From assembly GCA_943704415.1 (NCBI GenBank), contig CALSCO010001406.1:1-41496 (forward strand): a stretch of DNA of 41,496 nt, read 5' to 3'. Position numbers and translations under genes: made by a program. The notes under the pieces are model-generated. The model ran no database searches. It saw nothing but the letters and a program-made list of their open reading frames with translations, and was not told the DNA's origin. This DNA is from Parvularia atlantis (Eukaryota). Below are positions 10,310-22,270 of the stretch, piece after piece. Every line of letters starts with the position of its first letter. Position 1 is the first letter of the stretch.

Positions 10310-13300
10310 ATGGCGACGGTGTGGCGCCGCTGTCTGCCGTCTCATCCGCGACGCGCAGGTCCAGCCGCGCGCGCCCCTCCCGACGTCGTCCGCGATGGCC
10401 GGCCCCGCGCTGCGCCTGCGATCGGCGGCGGCCGGCGCGATTGCGACGCCCGGCGACGGCGCGAGGGCGAGGACGCGCGTGCTGCGTGACACGCCGCAGC
10501 GGATGCGCAGCAGCGGCGGGCGCGCGCGATCGTCGGGCGGTGCGGCGGACGGCGGGCCGGGCGGGCCGGGCGGGCCGGGCGGGCTGACGGCGGCCGCGCA
10601 GACGACGAGTATGACGACGATGAGGACGAGGACGATCAGCAGGAGCGGCGCGCATCGGCCAACGGGCGGCGGCGCTTGCGGTCCGTTGAGCCCGAGGAGC
10701 CCGAGGAGGACGAGGACGACGAGGACGTCGACGTGGGCGGCGAGGCGAGCGGCAGCGGCGAGGAAGGGGAGCAAGAGGTGTTCTACGACGCGGTCGAGGA
10801 CGACTCGGACCAGTCGCAGCCGATCAGTGCGCCGTTGCGGTGCGCTGCGCGCGGCGATCGCGCTCGACAGGTCGCTCACGCGTGCCGTGCAGCAGTCGGC
10901 ACGTGCGGCGACTCGACGACTCGCCCGACGTGGCGACCGAGACGCCCGAGCTCGTCGCGATTGTGCCGCTCGCGAGCACGACCGACCTCGCCTCGCACCG
11001 CGGACGTGCCGATCGGCCGCCGTTTGCGCTCGGCGTGCTCGTCGACGCCGCCATCCGCTTCTCGGACCAGCGCATGCGCACCGAGCAGGACATCTGCGAG
11101 TGGATCGAGGACACGTTCCCGTTCTACGCGCGCGCCGACGACGGCTGGCAGGTGCGTCCGCGCTCACCCCAAGTCTGCGGTCGCCTGACCTCGCGCAGCA
11201 CACGATCAACGCGATCCTGACCGGCAGCACCCACTTTGTCCGCGCCCCGCGCACGCCGCGCAGCCCCAAGGGCCACGGGTCCATGTGGGCGATCGGTGCG
11301 TGTGCGCTGTGAGCCGTTAGCCGTGCACTTGCCTCACCGCGGCATGCACAGCCGGCTTGCCCGTCGTGCCCGTCTCCGAGTCGACGCACCGTCACAGCTT
11401 CCAGCACAGCTCGCCGACGTACAAGAAGAAGGACAAGGGTGCCAAGGGCGCCGAGGCTGGTGCGCGCGCGCGGGCGCGTCTGTACAAAGCTCACATGCTC
11501 AACCGCGCGACAGACAACGACAAGAAGCGCGTGTTTGTGCACCGGCACTACGATGGCACGCTCGAGGCGTACAGCCGCGCGTTCCTCGACCACCTCGAGC
11601 TCGACCTCGACGAGGAGGAGGCGCGCGAGCAAAGCATCGTGCTCATCCCGATCGAGGATCGGTGCGCCGCCCACTGAGTACCGTAGCGCCTGACCGTGCG
11701 CGCGTCAGCTGGAAGAACGAATGGAACGACGCCGTGCAGATCCCGACCAAGCAACTGACGTCGCTGCCGCGCGCCGTCGTGAACGTCGTCGAGGCCGAGC
11801 CGCCCGCGCCGGCCTTCACCATGCCGGCCGAGTACATCGAGTGCGCTCACGCCACTGCCGCACGCACCCGCTGTCTGCTGACGTCGCCGCGCAGGTACGC
11901 CGGCGAGTGCACGGCCGTCAGCAACGACCGTGTGCTGTACGACCTGCGCGGCGAGGACTTTGACTTTTTCGACGTACTGCGGCGGATGTGCGTGTCGGCA
12001 TGCCGCCAATGTGCACGCTCATACGCCTCGCAGCGCCCTGCCGCGTGACAAGCTGACGGAGGACAAGCTCGAGGCGATCCTGGACCAGCTCGAAAAGGCG
12101 TACGGGCGTGCCGAGCTCGCGACGCTGCGTCAGCTCGACGAGGTGCGCGCTTGATGCGTGCTCTCATGGCTCACCCTGCGCGTGCACGCAGCAAAAGTCC
12201 TCGTCCGGTGTGCCATCGTCGACGCCGTCCGTGACCGACGACAACGACGACGACGACCTCATCCGCTGCTGCATCTGTCAGGTGCGGCCGCCGCTGCTGC
12301 CGGTCGCGTGCTCACCCAGCTTGCAACGCACAGGAGACTGAGTCGGAGGACACGAACGAGCTCGTGTTCTGCGACGGCTGCAGCGCCGCAGTGCACCAGG
12401 CGTGCTACGGCATCCTCAACGTGCCCGAGGCGCGCTGGTTCTGCTCGTCGTGCTCGTCCAACGGCGACTCGATCAAGTGCATGCTGTGCCCGAACCGCGG
12501 TGCGACGCGAACGATGTGCCGCTGCTGCTGCTGCTGCTGCTGCGTGCTCACGCTGCGTCGCGGGCGCAGGCGGGCCGATGAAGCGCACGGACAAGGGCCT
12601 GTGGTGCCACTCGGCGTGCGCGCTGTGGATCCCTGAGACGGGCTTCGAGGACGTGCTGCGAATGGAGCCGATCGTGCAGACCGAGGTGCGCGCGTGCGCG
12701 GGCGTGTGTGTACGACCAAGTGACTCACACTGCGCCCACAGACCATCCACGAGGACCGCTTCCGCCTCGGCTGCGTGCTGTGCCACGTGCGCGAGGGCGC
12801 GTGCATCCAGTGCGCGCAGCAGTCGTGGTACGCACGATGTCCGGCAGTGGTCCAACAGCTGACTGGTGCGCAGCTTTGCACCGTTCCACGTCTCGTGCGC
12901 CATGCTGCACGGCCTCGCGATGGAGATTCGGGAGAAGAAGGGCGTCGTGCACAAGGATGTGTTCTGCCTCAAGTGCGCCACCGCCGCCCGCTTGGCCGCG
13001 TGGCGTGCTGACGGCCGAGCGCTAGGCACAGCGCGAGCCGCAGCCAGTCGCACCAGCGGCCGCTGATGAACGCGCACGCCCAGACGCTGCCGCTGCGCTT
13101 TGACCCGACCAAGGCAACGCACCCTCGCTCCACCGCCCCATGCGCGTCTGACCGCCCGCCGCAGGTCACGCCCGAGTCGATCGCCAAGCGCTTCAGCATA
13201 TCGTCCTCGGCGGCCTCACGCATCGTCGTGTACTGGACGCTGCAGCGAAAAAAGTGCGCACGCCACCTGCACGCTGTGAGCAGCGGCTGACGACGCGCGC

Positions 13301-16300
13301 ACGCAGGCGAAACGGGCGGCCGCTGCTGAACGACATCGCTGTGCAGTCGTTCAACCTGCTGCAAAAGTGCGCCTCGTCGCACCCCTTGTGCGCCGCATGC
13401 ATGAACCAGCCCGCGCACAGGATCTCGTCCATGCACCGCTACCGCCAGTTCAACGCGCGCGCAGAGTCGTTCCGCCCGTTTGCCTTTTTCTCGCTCGACG
13501 AGCTCCGCGCCAAGCACTGGGGTGCGGGTCGCTACGCTGCCTGCTGTTGCTGTGGCTGACGGCAGCGCGCGTCCCGCAGACATCCAGACGTCGCACTCGC
13601 TCACGCGCCTCCTGTCTGAGCGCGGCCAGCTGCAGCGCAAGCGTCTACTCCTGTCCAAGACGCTGCTGGACGAGACCCTAACGGCGCTGACGGCGACGCT
13701 GCTGCGCCTGCTGGACGCTCTGAGCCGCATCACGGCGCTCGACCTCGAGGCGCGCCTGGCGAGCGCGGTGCACGCAACGCTCGGCGCATCTGTCGAGGCG
13801 TGGCGCAGCCACATCGAGCGCGGTGCGTCGTCGCTGCGCTGACTTGCGCTACCCGCGGCTGACGTGACGTGACACGTGCAGGCGAGTACGGGTCTTTGGC
13901 GCGCTTCGCGGCCGACCTGCGCGACGTGGTCAAGCGGACCGAGCCGGTGCTGCGCTTGCCCGGTGCATGCCCTCTCAGCGCCGCAATTGTCGCGTTGCTG
14001 ACACCCCGCAGCCGCAGAGAAAGCAAGCGCGCACGTGCAGGCGGCCGCGACGGCGCTGGGCGCGCTGTCGGCCGTGCGACCGCGCACGCTGATGAAGGAC
14101 ACGGCGGGCAACGCTCTCAGCCTCGAGGCCGTGCTGCTGACGGTGCTGGTCGTGGCTGGGCGGGAGCTGCAGTGCGCGCCGTGGCCACCGTCGTGCGCAG
14201 CTGCGTCTCACAGCTTCCGCGGGTGCAGGGCGAGCGTGCAGGAGGCGACTGCGCCGATCCAGGCGCAGCTGGCCGACACCGCCGCGCAGCTGCTGCAGAC
14301 CGACGTCAACATCTCCAAGGTGACGAGCGAGGACGAGATCCGTGAGCGCCGCCAGACCGTCGAAGTGCGCCGGCCGCTGGTGCGTGGTGGGGGTGGGCAC
14401 GGCACACACTGACACCATCTCTCGCAGCTGCGCTCACTGCTGAGCGACCTCGAGCGCTGCGACACGTACCAGATCTTTGCCGAGCCCGTCAGCACCGACG
14501 TCGTGCCCGACTACCTCCTCGTGATTGAGCACCCGATGGACTTTTCGACCATGCGCACCAAGGCACGACACTGCGCTCGCACGGGCGATGCTGACGCGCG
14601 TGCTGCGCAGCTCGAGACGGGCGAGTACGACAATGACTTTGCACAGGTCCTGCGCGACTTTCGCCGCATCATCACCAACTGCGTCACATACAACGCCGAG
14701 GGTACGCGTGCCCTTTGTTGTGCGCCTGCACACGCGCTGACAGGGTCGTCACAGGCTCGGACTACTACGTCGAGGCGCTCAACGTGCGCCACGTCGGCAA
14801 GAAGGTGCGCGGCGATGCTCGATCGTGCACGCCACTCACGAGCTCGCAGATCCTCAAGAAGTTTGTGCGCGCTCACCCAGAGCTTGACCTCGCCGCGGCG
14901 CTCGACGAGTTCCAGCAGCCGCTGCCGAGGATGCGCGTGCCCAAGACGCCACCGCCGCTCAAGCGACGCAAGTCGAGCGACGCGGGCTCGGAGGCGCTCG
15001 GCATTGCGGCGGACGGCGCGGTGGCAGAGACGGCCGCGAGCAGCGCGCCCCCGAGCGTGCCCAGAAACCGACAGGGCCGGCGGCCGTCCGGCCAGGGGCC
15101 CGGTGTGCCGGCTGAGACGTTCACGTGCGACGTGGCGCGGCGTGCGGTCGACGTGCACCTGGCCAGCAGCAAGTGGTGCGGCGGACCACGCTCTGCTCGC
15201 ACATCAGCAGCCTCACCGTGTGCGCACGCGGCAGGGGCAGTGCCGATTTTGCGTCACTCAAGAGCCGGTTACAGCGCGTGCTCGACATCATGGTGCTGCT
15301 GGACTCGAACGGCTTCTTTCTCACGCCTGTGAGCCTGCCCGAGCCGCTCATGAGCACGTATCGGTGCGTGCGCCGCTCATGTCTCACGCGCGCTGACGGC
15401 CGTCGGCGCGTGTGCAGCGAGCTTGTGCCGACGCCGATGGACCTCTCAACCATGGCGCGCAAGGTGGCCGCGCGCACGTACAAGTCGCTCGAGCACTTTG
15501 GCAGCGACCTCGCGCGCGTCTTCACCAACTGCTTCGCGTTCAACAACGACGACAGCATCTACGTGGCCGAGGCGCGCAAGATGAAGGATGTGGTGCGCCG
15601 CTTGGCGTTCTTGCGTGGTGACCGAGCGCTGACGGACGCACGCGTGGCAGGCCGACAAACTGCTTGCGATGATCCAGGACGCACACACGGGCGACGCCAC
15701 GTACGTGCATACTGCCGCGGCTTCACGGCTGAACCGCACGCACACAGCAGCCGATCGCGCCAGCCACGCCCCTCGGGCTCGCACGTGCCGGGCCAGCCCA
15801 ACATCCTCCCGCACGTCGAGCGCAGCCCGCTCGACCTCGTGGACCTGCTTGGGCTGCTGGAACGGTGTGGCCACGCTGCGGCGCGGACGCACGGCGCATC
15901 TGACATTCGCGCGTGACGCAGATACGACTGGGACGGCGTATTCCAGGGTGCGCCGCGCCGCGGCGACCCGTCACGCCCGGACCTGGGCGTGGTCCGCTGG
16001 CGCCTCGCTTCCGGGCACGTGGACGCGATGCCGAAGTTTGTCGACACCGTGGTGCGTGCTGCTCGCCGCGGCTGCTTGTCGCCTCACTGACAAGCCGCGG
16101 CAGAACGGCGTGTGGGCCGCGGCGTTCCGGCAGACGCGCGACGACCCGGAGCTGCAGGCGCAGGCGGCGCGCATGATGACCACGAGCGACCTGCTGTTCA
16201 GCGGTGCGCGCCAGCGGTGGTATGGGTTGTGCTGACGCACGTGCCGCAGCGTACGAGCGCGTGTTTGCGGAGGACGAGCCTGAGCAGCCGGCACTCAACG

Positions 16301-16911
16301 AGCCACTCGCGGTGCGCGATCGCAAGCGCGCACGCAAGGCCAAGTCCGAGCCCGAGCCCGAGCTCGAGCCCGAGCCCGAGCCCGAGCCCGAAACAGAGCG
16401 AAAGCCCGAGCGAGCGACGCGCAGCCGTACGCCAACCGTCGTCGACTCACCGCGGCTATCGCGGCGGCTGCAGATCGCCGAGCCCGAGCCCGTGCCGACC
16501 GACACGCCACGAGCGTTGCGCCGTGCCGCCGCCACACCACCACCGCCAGCACCGAGTCCGCTACGACCGCCGCGCAAGCTGCTCGCCGAGCCCGAAGTCC
16601 TGCGCTCGTCGCCACGGCTGCACCGCGGCACATCGCCTTCGTCTGCCGTGCCGTCCGCGCCGGCCTCGCCCGAGCGGCTGGCGTCGGCCAGCAAGAGCAA
16701 GAAGCGGCGCATCGAGGTGACCGCGCCGGACGAGGACGACGACGAGGACGACGAGGTCGACGAGACGCTCTTCCGCCGCTCCAAGCGCGTCGCCGCCCCG
16801 CCCTCGCCCGCCCCACCCACCGTCGTCCGCGCCAACCCGTCTCGCGCCGCCCGCCCGGGCCCACCGCCCGCGCCGCAGCGGGGCGCGAGCGGGCGACGGC
16901 CCGGTTTCTGA
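10310..16911 (+). CDS. Chromatin scaffold: forkhead-like domain + EPC-like region + PZP (PHD-Zn knuckle-PHD) + multiple bromodomains (BRPF/Nto1-like)
   Basis: Forkhead-like ~11013-11295; YDLRGED...LDQLEK; CCICQ...NELVFCDGCSAAVHQACYG...WFC; CMLCPNRGGPMKRT...WCHSACALWIPE; CVLC...GACIQC...FHVSCA; bromodomains PDYLLVIEHPMDFSTMRTKL...NCVTYN and PMDLSTMARKV...NCFAFN. Start (10310 or 10395) uncertain. Confidence 0.85.
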
Positions 16912-16990
16912 CCGTGAAAAAACCGAACGACGTGAGAGCACTGAGAACAAACAAGAAGAGCAAGTAAACGCGACCACGAGCATGCGCGGC

Positions 16991-17859
16991 TCACAGCTCG
17001 TCGCTGCGGCTGCCGGCCTTACGGTTGCGCTTGCCGCCGCGCCCGCGAACGTCCTCTGGCGGCTGCACGGGCTGATCGGCGTCGGGGGCGACTTCGGGGG
17101 TGGCGGCGTTGTTGCGCTTGTCGCGTTTGTCGCGCTGCTTGTCGCCGGGGCGTCCGCGACCGACAGTGACGCAGCCGCACGAGACGCGCTGGGCGTCGTT
17201 GAAGACCTTGCAGCCGATCATGCGCGTGCTCATCGCGTAGACCTCGACGGCCTGGCGGCAGGCCTCGCCGTCGGCGGCGGCGTCGCACTTGAGGCGCATG
17301 CACGTGTTGAGCTCGTTGTCGCAGTCGCCGCGGACGGCGTTGCAGGTGTTGTAGCACACGTCTTGCGCGCACACGCCCGATCAGCCCGCGTCACGTGCGC
17401 ATAGGGTGCCGGCACGCACGCAGCTGGCCGCAGCACTCGCCAAAGTCGACGTCGTTCGGGAGGGTGAGGCCCTCGGGCATGTTGCCGATGGGGCACGTGG
17501 TGACGGGCTCGACAACGCGGCCCTCCTTGGGCACGGCGCGCATGCCCTGCGAATCACGCTGCTCAGCACCGCATCGACAACGTGCGCACGGGGCACACGG
17601 CACGCACGCGCGGGCACGGGCGCGACGCCGGGCAGACTTCCTTCTGGCGGCTGCCGTCGACCATCCGCATCGCGTCGGCCATCGAGATCGTCTCGGGCAT
17701 CCCCGGCGGTGGGCCGTCGCGGCGCACGGCGGGCGGCGGCTGCCGCGGCCCGTCACCCGGACGCGCCGCGGGCTTGGGCGGGCGCAGCGCAGCGGCCGAT
17801 GGGGCGAGCGCCGCCAGCGAGACGAGCGCGACGATCAGGAGAAGGATCGCGACGCGCAT
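16991..17859 (-). CDS. Group XII secretory phospholipase A2-like protein, probably inactive, ER-retained
   Basis: Signal peptide MRVAILLLIVALVSLAALA; FGECCGQLHVCYNTC...CDNELNTCM...C...C...GCKVFNDAQRVSCGC Cys pattern; C-terminal SDEL; two introns. Confidence 0.75.
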
Positions 17860-18056
17860 TTCGGCCTGTCTCGGGTGCGCCGAAAGACGTGGTGGCGCGA
17901 TACGCCGCTCTGCGTCTCGCTTCTCCCGCTACGCATTATCATATACTGCGATGTAGGTGCTGAGCCGAGGGTTACTTTCTTGCTCGCTCGCTCTGCGGGT
18001 CAAGCTCGCGGTAGGCTGCAGTACCAGACAAGGTACAAAGACGGCACAGGGTGCGC

Positions 18057-18671
18057 TCACATCTTGGGCGCGTCGTGCGCCATCATGCCCTTGTCGCCAG
18101 GTGCGGCCGTCGCAGCGTGCATCATGCCATCGTGCGCGCCCTCGTGCTCGTGGTGGTGGCCGTGCTTGCTGCCCGTGAGCTTGTTCCACCAGTGCTTGTG
18201 GTGCTCGTGGTGCTGCTCGCCGGCCCCGCCCTGCATCATTGCGTCGTGTCCCTCGCCGGCGTGGTGCATCTTGTCGCCGCCGCCCTCGGCGTGCTCGGCG
18301 TGCTTGCTGCCGCGGTGCGAGCCCGTCAGCTTGTTCCACCAGTGCTTCTTGTGGTGCTTGCCCTCGTCGTGCATGTGCATGTCGTCGCCGTGTGTCATTG
18401 TGCCGTCGCCGTGCGCGTGCCCGTGACCCATGTTGTCGCCGTGCGCGTGCCCGTGGCCCATGTTGTCGCCCATCGTCATCGCTGCCATCTTGTCGCCGTG
18501 CATCATCTTGTCGCCCGCCATCATCTTGTCGCCGTGCATCATCTTGTCGCCCGCCATCATCTTGTCGCCGTGCATGGTCGAGCCCATCTTGTCACCGGCC
18601 ATCATCTTGTCGCCCGCCATCATCTTGTCGCCGTGCATCTTGTCGCCCGCCATCATCTTGTCGCCGTGCAT
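18057..18671 (-). CDS. Met/His-rich repeat region (GDKMM(H/A) repeats), likely frameshifted C-terminal tail of the peroxiredoxin-like gene
   Basis: 204-aa open frame overlapping the Prx 3' end; ~10 GDKM units, His-rich blocks, two HWWNKLTGS motifs; synonymous-type variation among repeats. Confidence 0.65.
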   Translation of the reverse strand: MHGDKMMAGDKMHGDKMMAGDKMMAGDKMGSTMHGDKMMAGDKMMHGDKMMAGDKMMHGDKMAAMTMGDNMGHGHAHGDNMGHGHAHGDGTMTHGDDMHMHDEGKHHKKHWWNKLTGSHRGSKHAEHAEGGGDKMHHAGEGHDAMMQGGAGEQHHEHHKHWWNKLTGSKHGHHHEHEGAHDGMMHAATAAPGDKGMMAHDAPKM

Positions 18672-19448
18672 CTTGCGCCCGCCATGCCGTCGCCGCCCTT
18701 GCCCGAGATGTTGGCTGCGGCTGCGACGAGTTCGTCGATGGGCGCGCGCTTGGTGAAGTCGGTGTCGAGGAACGCGTAGCGGATGACCGCGTCCTTGTCG
18801 AGCACGTACGTCGCGCCGATGTTGAGGCCCGGGTGCATGCTGCCCTCCTCGCCGTAGAGCTTCTTCCAGTCGATCGCAAACTCGGTCGTGTTGACCGACA
18901 TCAGGTCCGCGTCCACGTCAAAGTGCGTGCCGTACTGCTTGCTCACGGCGAAGCCGTGGTCGGTCAGCAGCTGGAATGTCGCGCCGGTCGCACCGCTGAA
19001 CTCGGCGCCGGCCTCGGGCTCCATGCCCGACACGGCGAGGATGCTCGCGCCCGCGGCCTCGAGCAGCGGCAGCGCCTTCTGCAGCGAGCGGATCTGAATG
19101 GTGCAGAACGGGCTGAGGGAGGGCGTGAGCACAAGTAGCGAGAGGAGTAGCAGCAGCAGCGCGAGCGCACCACCACGAGCCGCGGTAGAAGGCGAGCACA
19201 ACGGGGCCGCACGCGAGGGCGTCGGCGAGGCTGACGGTCTTGCGGTGGATGTTGGGCAGGGCGAAGAGCGGCGCCTTGTCGCCGACGTGCTTGGCGCGGG
19301 CGAGGATGTCGCTCTTGCCGAGCGCGGCGTAGCCGTTCTTGAACGCGGCGCTGCGCTCGGGCGCGAACGAGCCGATGACGCCGTCGACGTAGGTCGCGGT
19401 CGACGTAAGCTCGGTGCGCTGTGCGGTGGCGATCTCGGCGGCCGACAT
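18653..19448 (-). CDS. Peroxiredoxin-like (AhpC/TSA, PRX-like2) thioredoxin-fold protein
   Basis: VGDKAPLFALPN...GPVVLAFYRGSWCPFC (CxxC formed across the single intron)...FQLLTD...ATYVLDKDAVIRYAFLDTDFTKRA. Confidence 0.88.
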
Positions 19449-19697
19449 GGTGCGGGGGTTGATGGAGAGCGCGGCGGTGAGGCGGCGGGCGAGGCGGAAA
19501 GTGCGGCCGGGCCGGAGCCGTGCCGCGCGGCATTCCGGAGAGCGCCACGCGGAGCAGCGCGGCATCGGCGTGGTTCACCGCGCGGCCGGGTCCCGATCGA
19601 TCGTCAACAGCAATGGCCGCGAAGCGTGACAGCAGAGAGTCGAGGGGCACTTTCGCGCACCTTCCACCTCGCCGCCCTCTTCCGCCCTCGACCCCCG

Positions 19698-22145
19698 ATG
19701 GACGCCGACGTGCCCGCGCCCGCCGCCGCCTACGTCTCGGACGACGAGATGGACGTTGACCAGCAGCAGCACCAGCAGCAGCAGCAGCAGACGGAGCAAC
19801 AGCAGCAGAAGCCGCGCCGCGTCAAGCTCACGCCCGACGGCGGCGTCGTCAAGCAGGTCATCCGCGAGCCCGCGCCGGACGCGGAGGCGCCCGAGGCCGG
19901 TGACGAGGTCTCGGTGCGTGCGCACTCTCCTCGCGCTCGCGCACCGCTCGTGCCCCGCTGAGCCGCGCGCACGAAGGTGCACTACACGGGCCGCTTCCTC
20001 GACGGCAAGGTTTTCGACTCGAGCCACAAGCGCAGCACCCCCTTCAAGTTCTTCCTCGGCAAGGGCCAAGTCATCAAAGGCTGGGATCTGGTGCGTACGC
20101 CCCGCGCTGGTGCTGGTGCTGGTGCCGGCCGCTCATGTGCGCGGCGGCGTGCGGGCAGGGCGTCGCGTCGATGCGCCGCGGCGAGAAGGCGTTCCTGCGC
20201 TGCAAGCCCGAGTACGCGTACGGCGCGCAGGGCTCGGGCAGCATCCCGGCCAACTCGACGCTCGTCTTTGAGGGTACGTGTGCCCCCTCTCTCGGCCGTG
20301 CGCAAGCTCACACGCACGCGCACAGTCGAGCTGCTCGACTGGGTCAGCAAGAACGACATCACCGTCGCGCAGGACGGCGGCATCCTCAAGAAGGTGCTGC
20401 GCGCGGGCCACGGCAAGCAGTCGCCGTACATGGTGCGCCGAGGGGTGGCCTCACCCTGCTCACGCCGCGCCGCCATAAACAGAAATGGGAGGTTGCCGTG
20501 CACTACACCGTCTTCATCGGCGACCGCGAGGTGTTCACGACCGAGAAGGGCGCCGAGGTACGCACAGCCGCGCACTCACGACCAGTGCGCCCACCCGCCG
20601 CACCGAGCAGCCGGCGCGCTTCGTCATCGGCTCGCCGCACACGCTCCCGCAGGCGATCGAGCGCGCCGTGCAGCAGATGATGCCGGGCGAGCGTGTGCGG
20701 CTGACGTGCAAGGCCAAGTGCGTGTGCTGTGTAATCTTGGCTGCACCGACTCATGCATGCACGCAGGTACGCGTACGGCAGCGCGGGCAACGAGGCCGTC
20801 GGCGTGCCTCCCAACTCGGACGTCGTGCTCGAGGTCGAGCTCGTCGAGGTGCGCCACGCATCCGCACAGCTGCGCGCGTGCTCAGCCATGTGCTATGCAG
20901 GCCACGCAGCTGACAGACCTGATCACGGACGAGCCCGGCGTGCTCGTGAAGCGCGTGACCGAGCAGGGCGAGGGCTACAAGCGCCCGACGGTCTACTCGA
21001 CGTGCAAAGTCAAGGTGCGCGGCGCGGAGTTCCGCGCTTTCTCGCGCAGCTGAGACGCGCGCACCGCAGCTCACGGCGACGGTCGAAGGCCGGACCGAGC
21101 CGCTGCTCAGCCTCGACGGCACCGAGGACGTCCGCCTCGAGCTCGGTGACCTGCCCGAGGCCGTCGACCTGCGTGCGTCCCTGCGAAACGCACGCATGCC
21201 GTACCCTGCTTACTCGCGTGCGCAGTGCTTATCTCGATGAACAAGGGCGAGACCGCGACGGTGCAGTGCAAGGTTGGGCAGTTTGGCTATGGCGCCGAGG
21301 GCAACGCGCAGCGCGGGCTCGACTCGGCCGCGACCCTGACCGTCACGGCGACGCTACTCGACATGGAGACGGTGCGGGGCGCCCCGCGCGCGTCACGCTG
21401 CGGCAGCCGCTGAGCAGCCGGTGCGCGCACAGAACAAGGAGTGGTACACGTTCACGCCCGAGGAGAAGATCACGAACGGCCTGGCGCAGAAGGACCTGGG
21501 CAACATGTACTTCAAGCAGGGTCAGTACCGGCGCGCCGTGCGCAAGTACAAGGAGGCGCGTCGCCACGCATCGTACGGTTGCACAGCGCGGCTCACGTCC
21601 TCTGCAGGCACTGCAGTACCACAGCTCGGACCACAGCTTCTCGGAAGAGGAGAAGAGGCGCTCGCAGGAGGTTAAGCTGCCGTGCCACCTCAACTACGCC
21701 GCGTGCGCGCTCAAGCTGGGTGACACGAAGAAGGCCAAGGAGGAGTGCACGAGCGTGCGTTCCTCGGGCGGTGTCTGTGCTGCGGCTCACATACACGCGC
21801 ATCCGCAGGCGCTCAAGATCGACAAGAGCAGCGTTAAGGCGCTGTACCGCCGCGCACAGGCGCTGCACCTCGAGCGGCTGTACGAAGACGCCAAGGCGGA
21901 TCTGGCGCGGGTGCGCTCGCCGCTCGTGGCATGCGAGGGTGCTGACGCAGGCTGGGCGCCAGGTGCTCGAGCTCGACGCGGCCAACAAGGACGCGCGCGA
22001 CCTGCTCGCCAAGGTCGTGGACGACATGCGCAAGCACGCGCACAAGGAGAAGCAGGTGCTCATGCGTGCGCCCGCGCTCGTGCTGTCGCGTCCCTCGCTC
22101 ACACGCGCGCACGACACGCAGGTCTACAGCAAGCTCTTTGCGTGA
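19698..22145 (+). CDS. Multi-domain FKBP peptidyl-prolyl isomerase with TPRs (FKBP4/5/ROF1-like)
   Basis: [21 protein letters not shown]...[25 protein letters not shown]...YAYG...[14 protein letters not shown]; two further FKBP-like domains; [12 protein letters not shown]...[10 protein letters not shown]...[10 protein letters not shown]; ends VYSKLFA. Confidence 0.93.
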
Positions 22146-22270
22146 GGCGCGCGCGCGCGTAGGGGTTAGGAACTGTTCTGTGGCAGCGCAGCAGCACGCA
22201 TCGCAATTCTGGAGGCATCAAAGCAGCGTGCAATGAGTTGATCGCGGGCACATGACACGCAGAGCGGGGC

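Noticed and set aside
18430..18680. Short tandem repeats resembling an array (also 37318-37515)
   Set aside because: No unique spacers; in-frame coding repeats in a eukaryotic context, not CRISPR.
19100..19185. Possible selenocysteine or missing Cys in the redoxin active site
   Set aside because: Splicing gives TG|C, a normal WCPFC; no in-frame TGA was needed in any gene model, so no code variant is supported.
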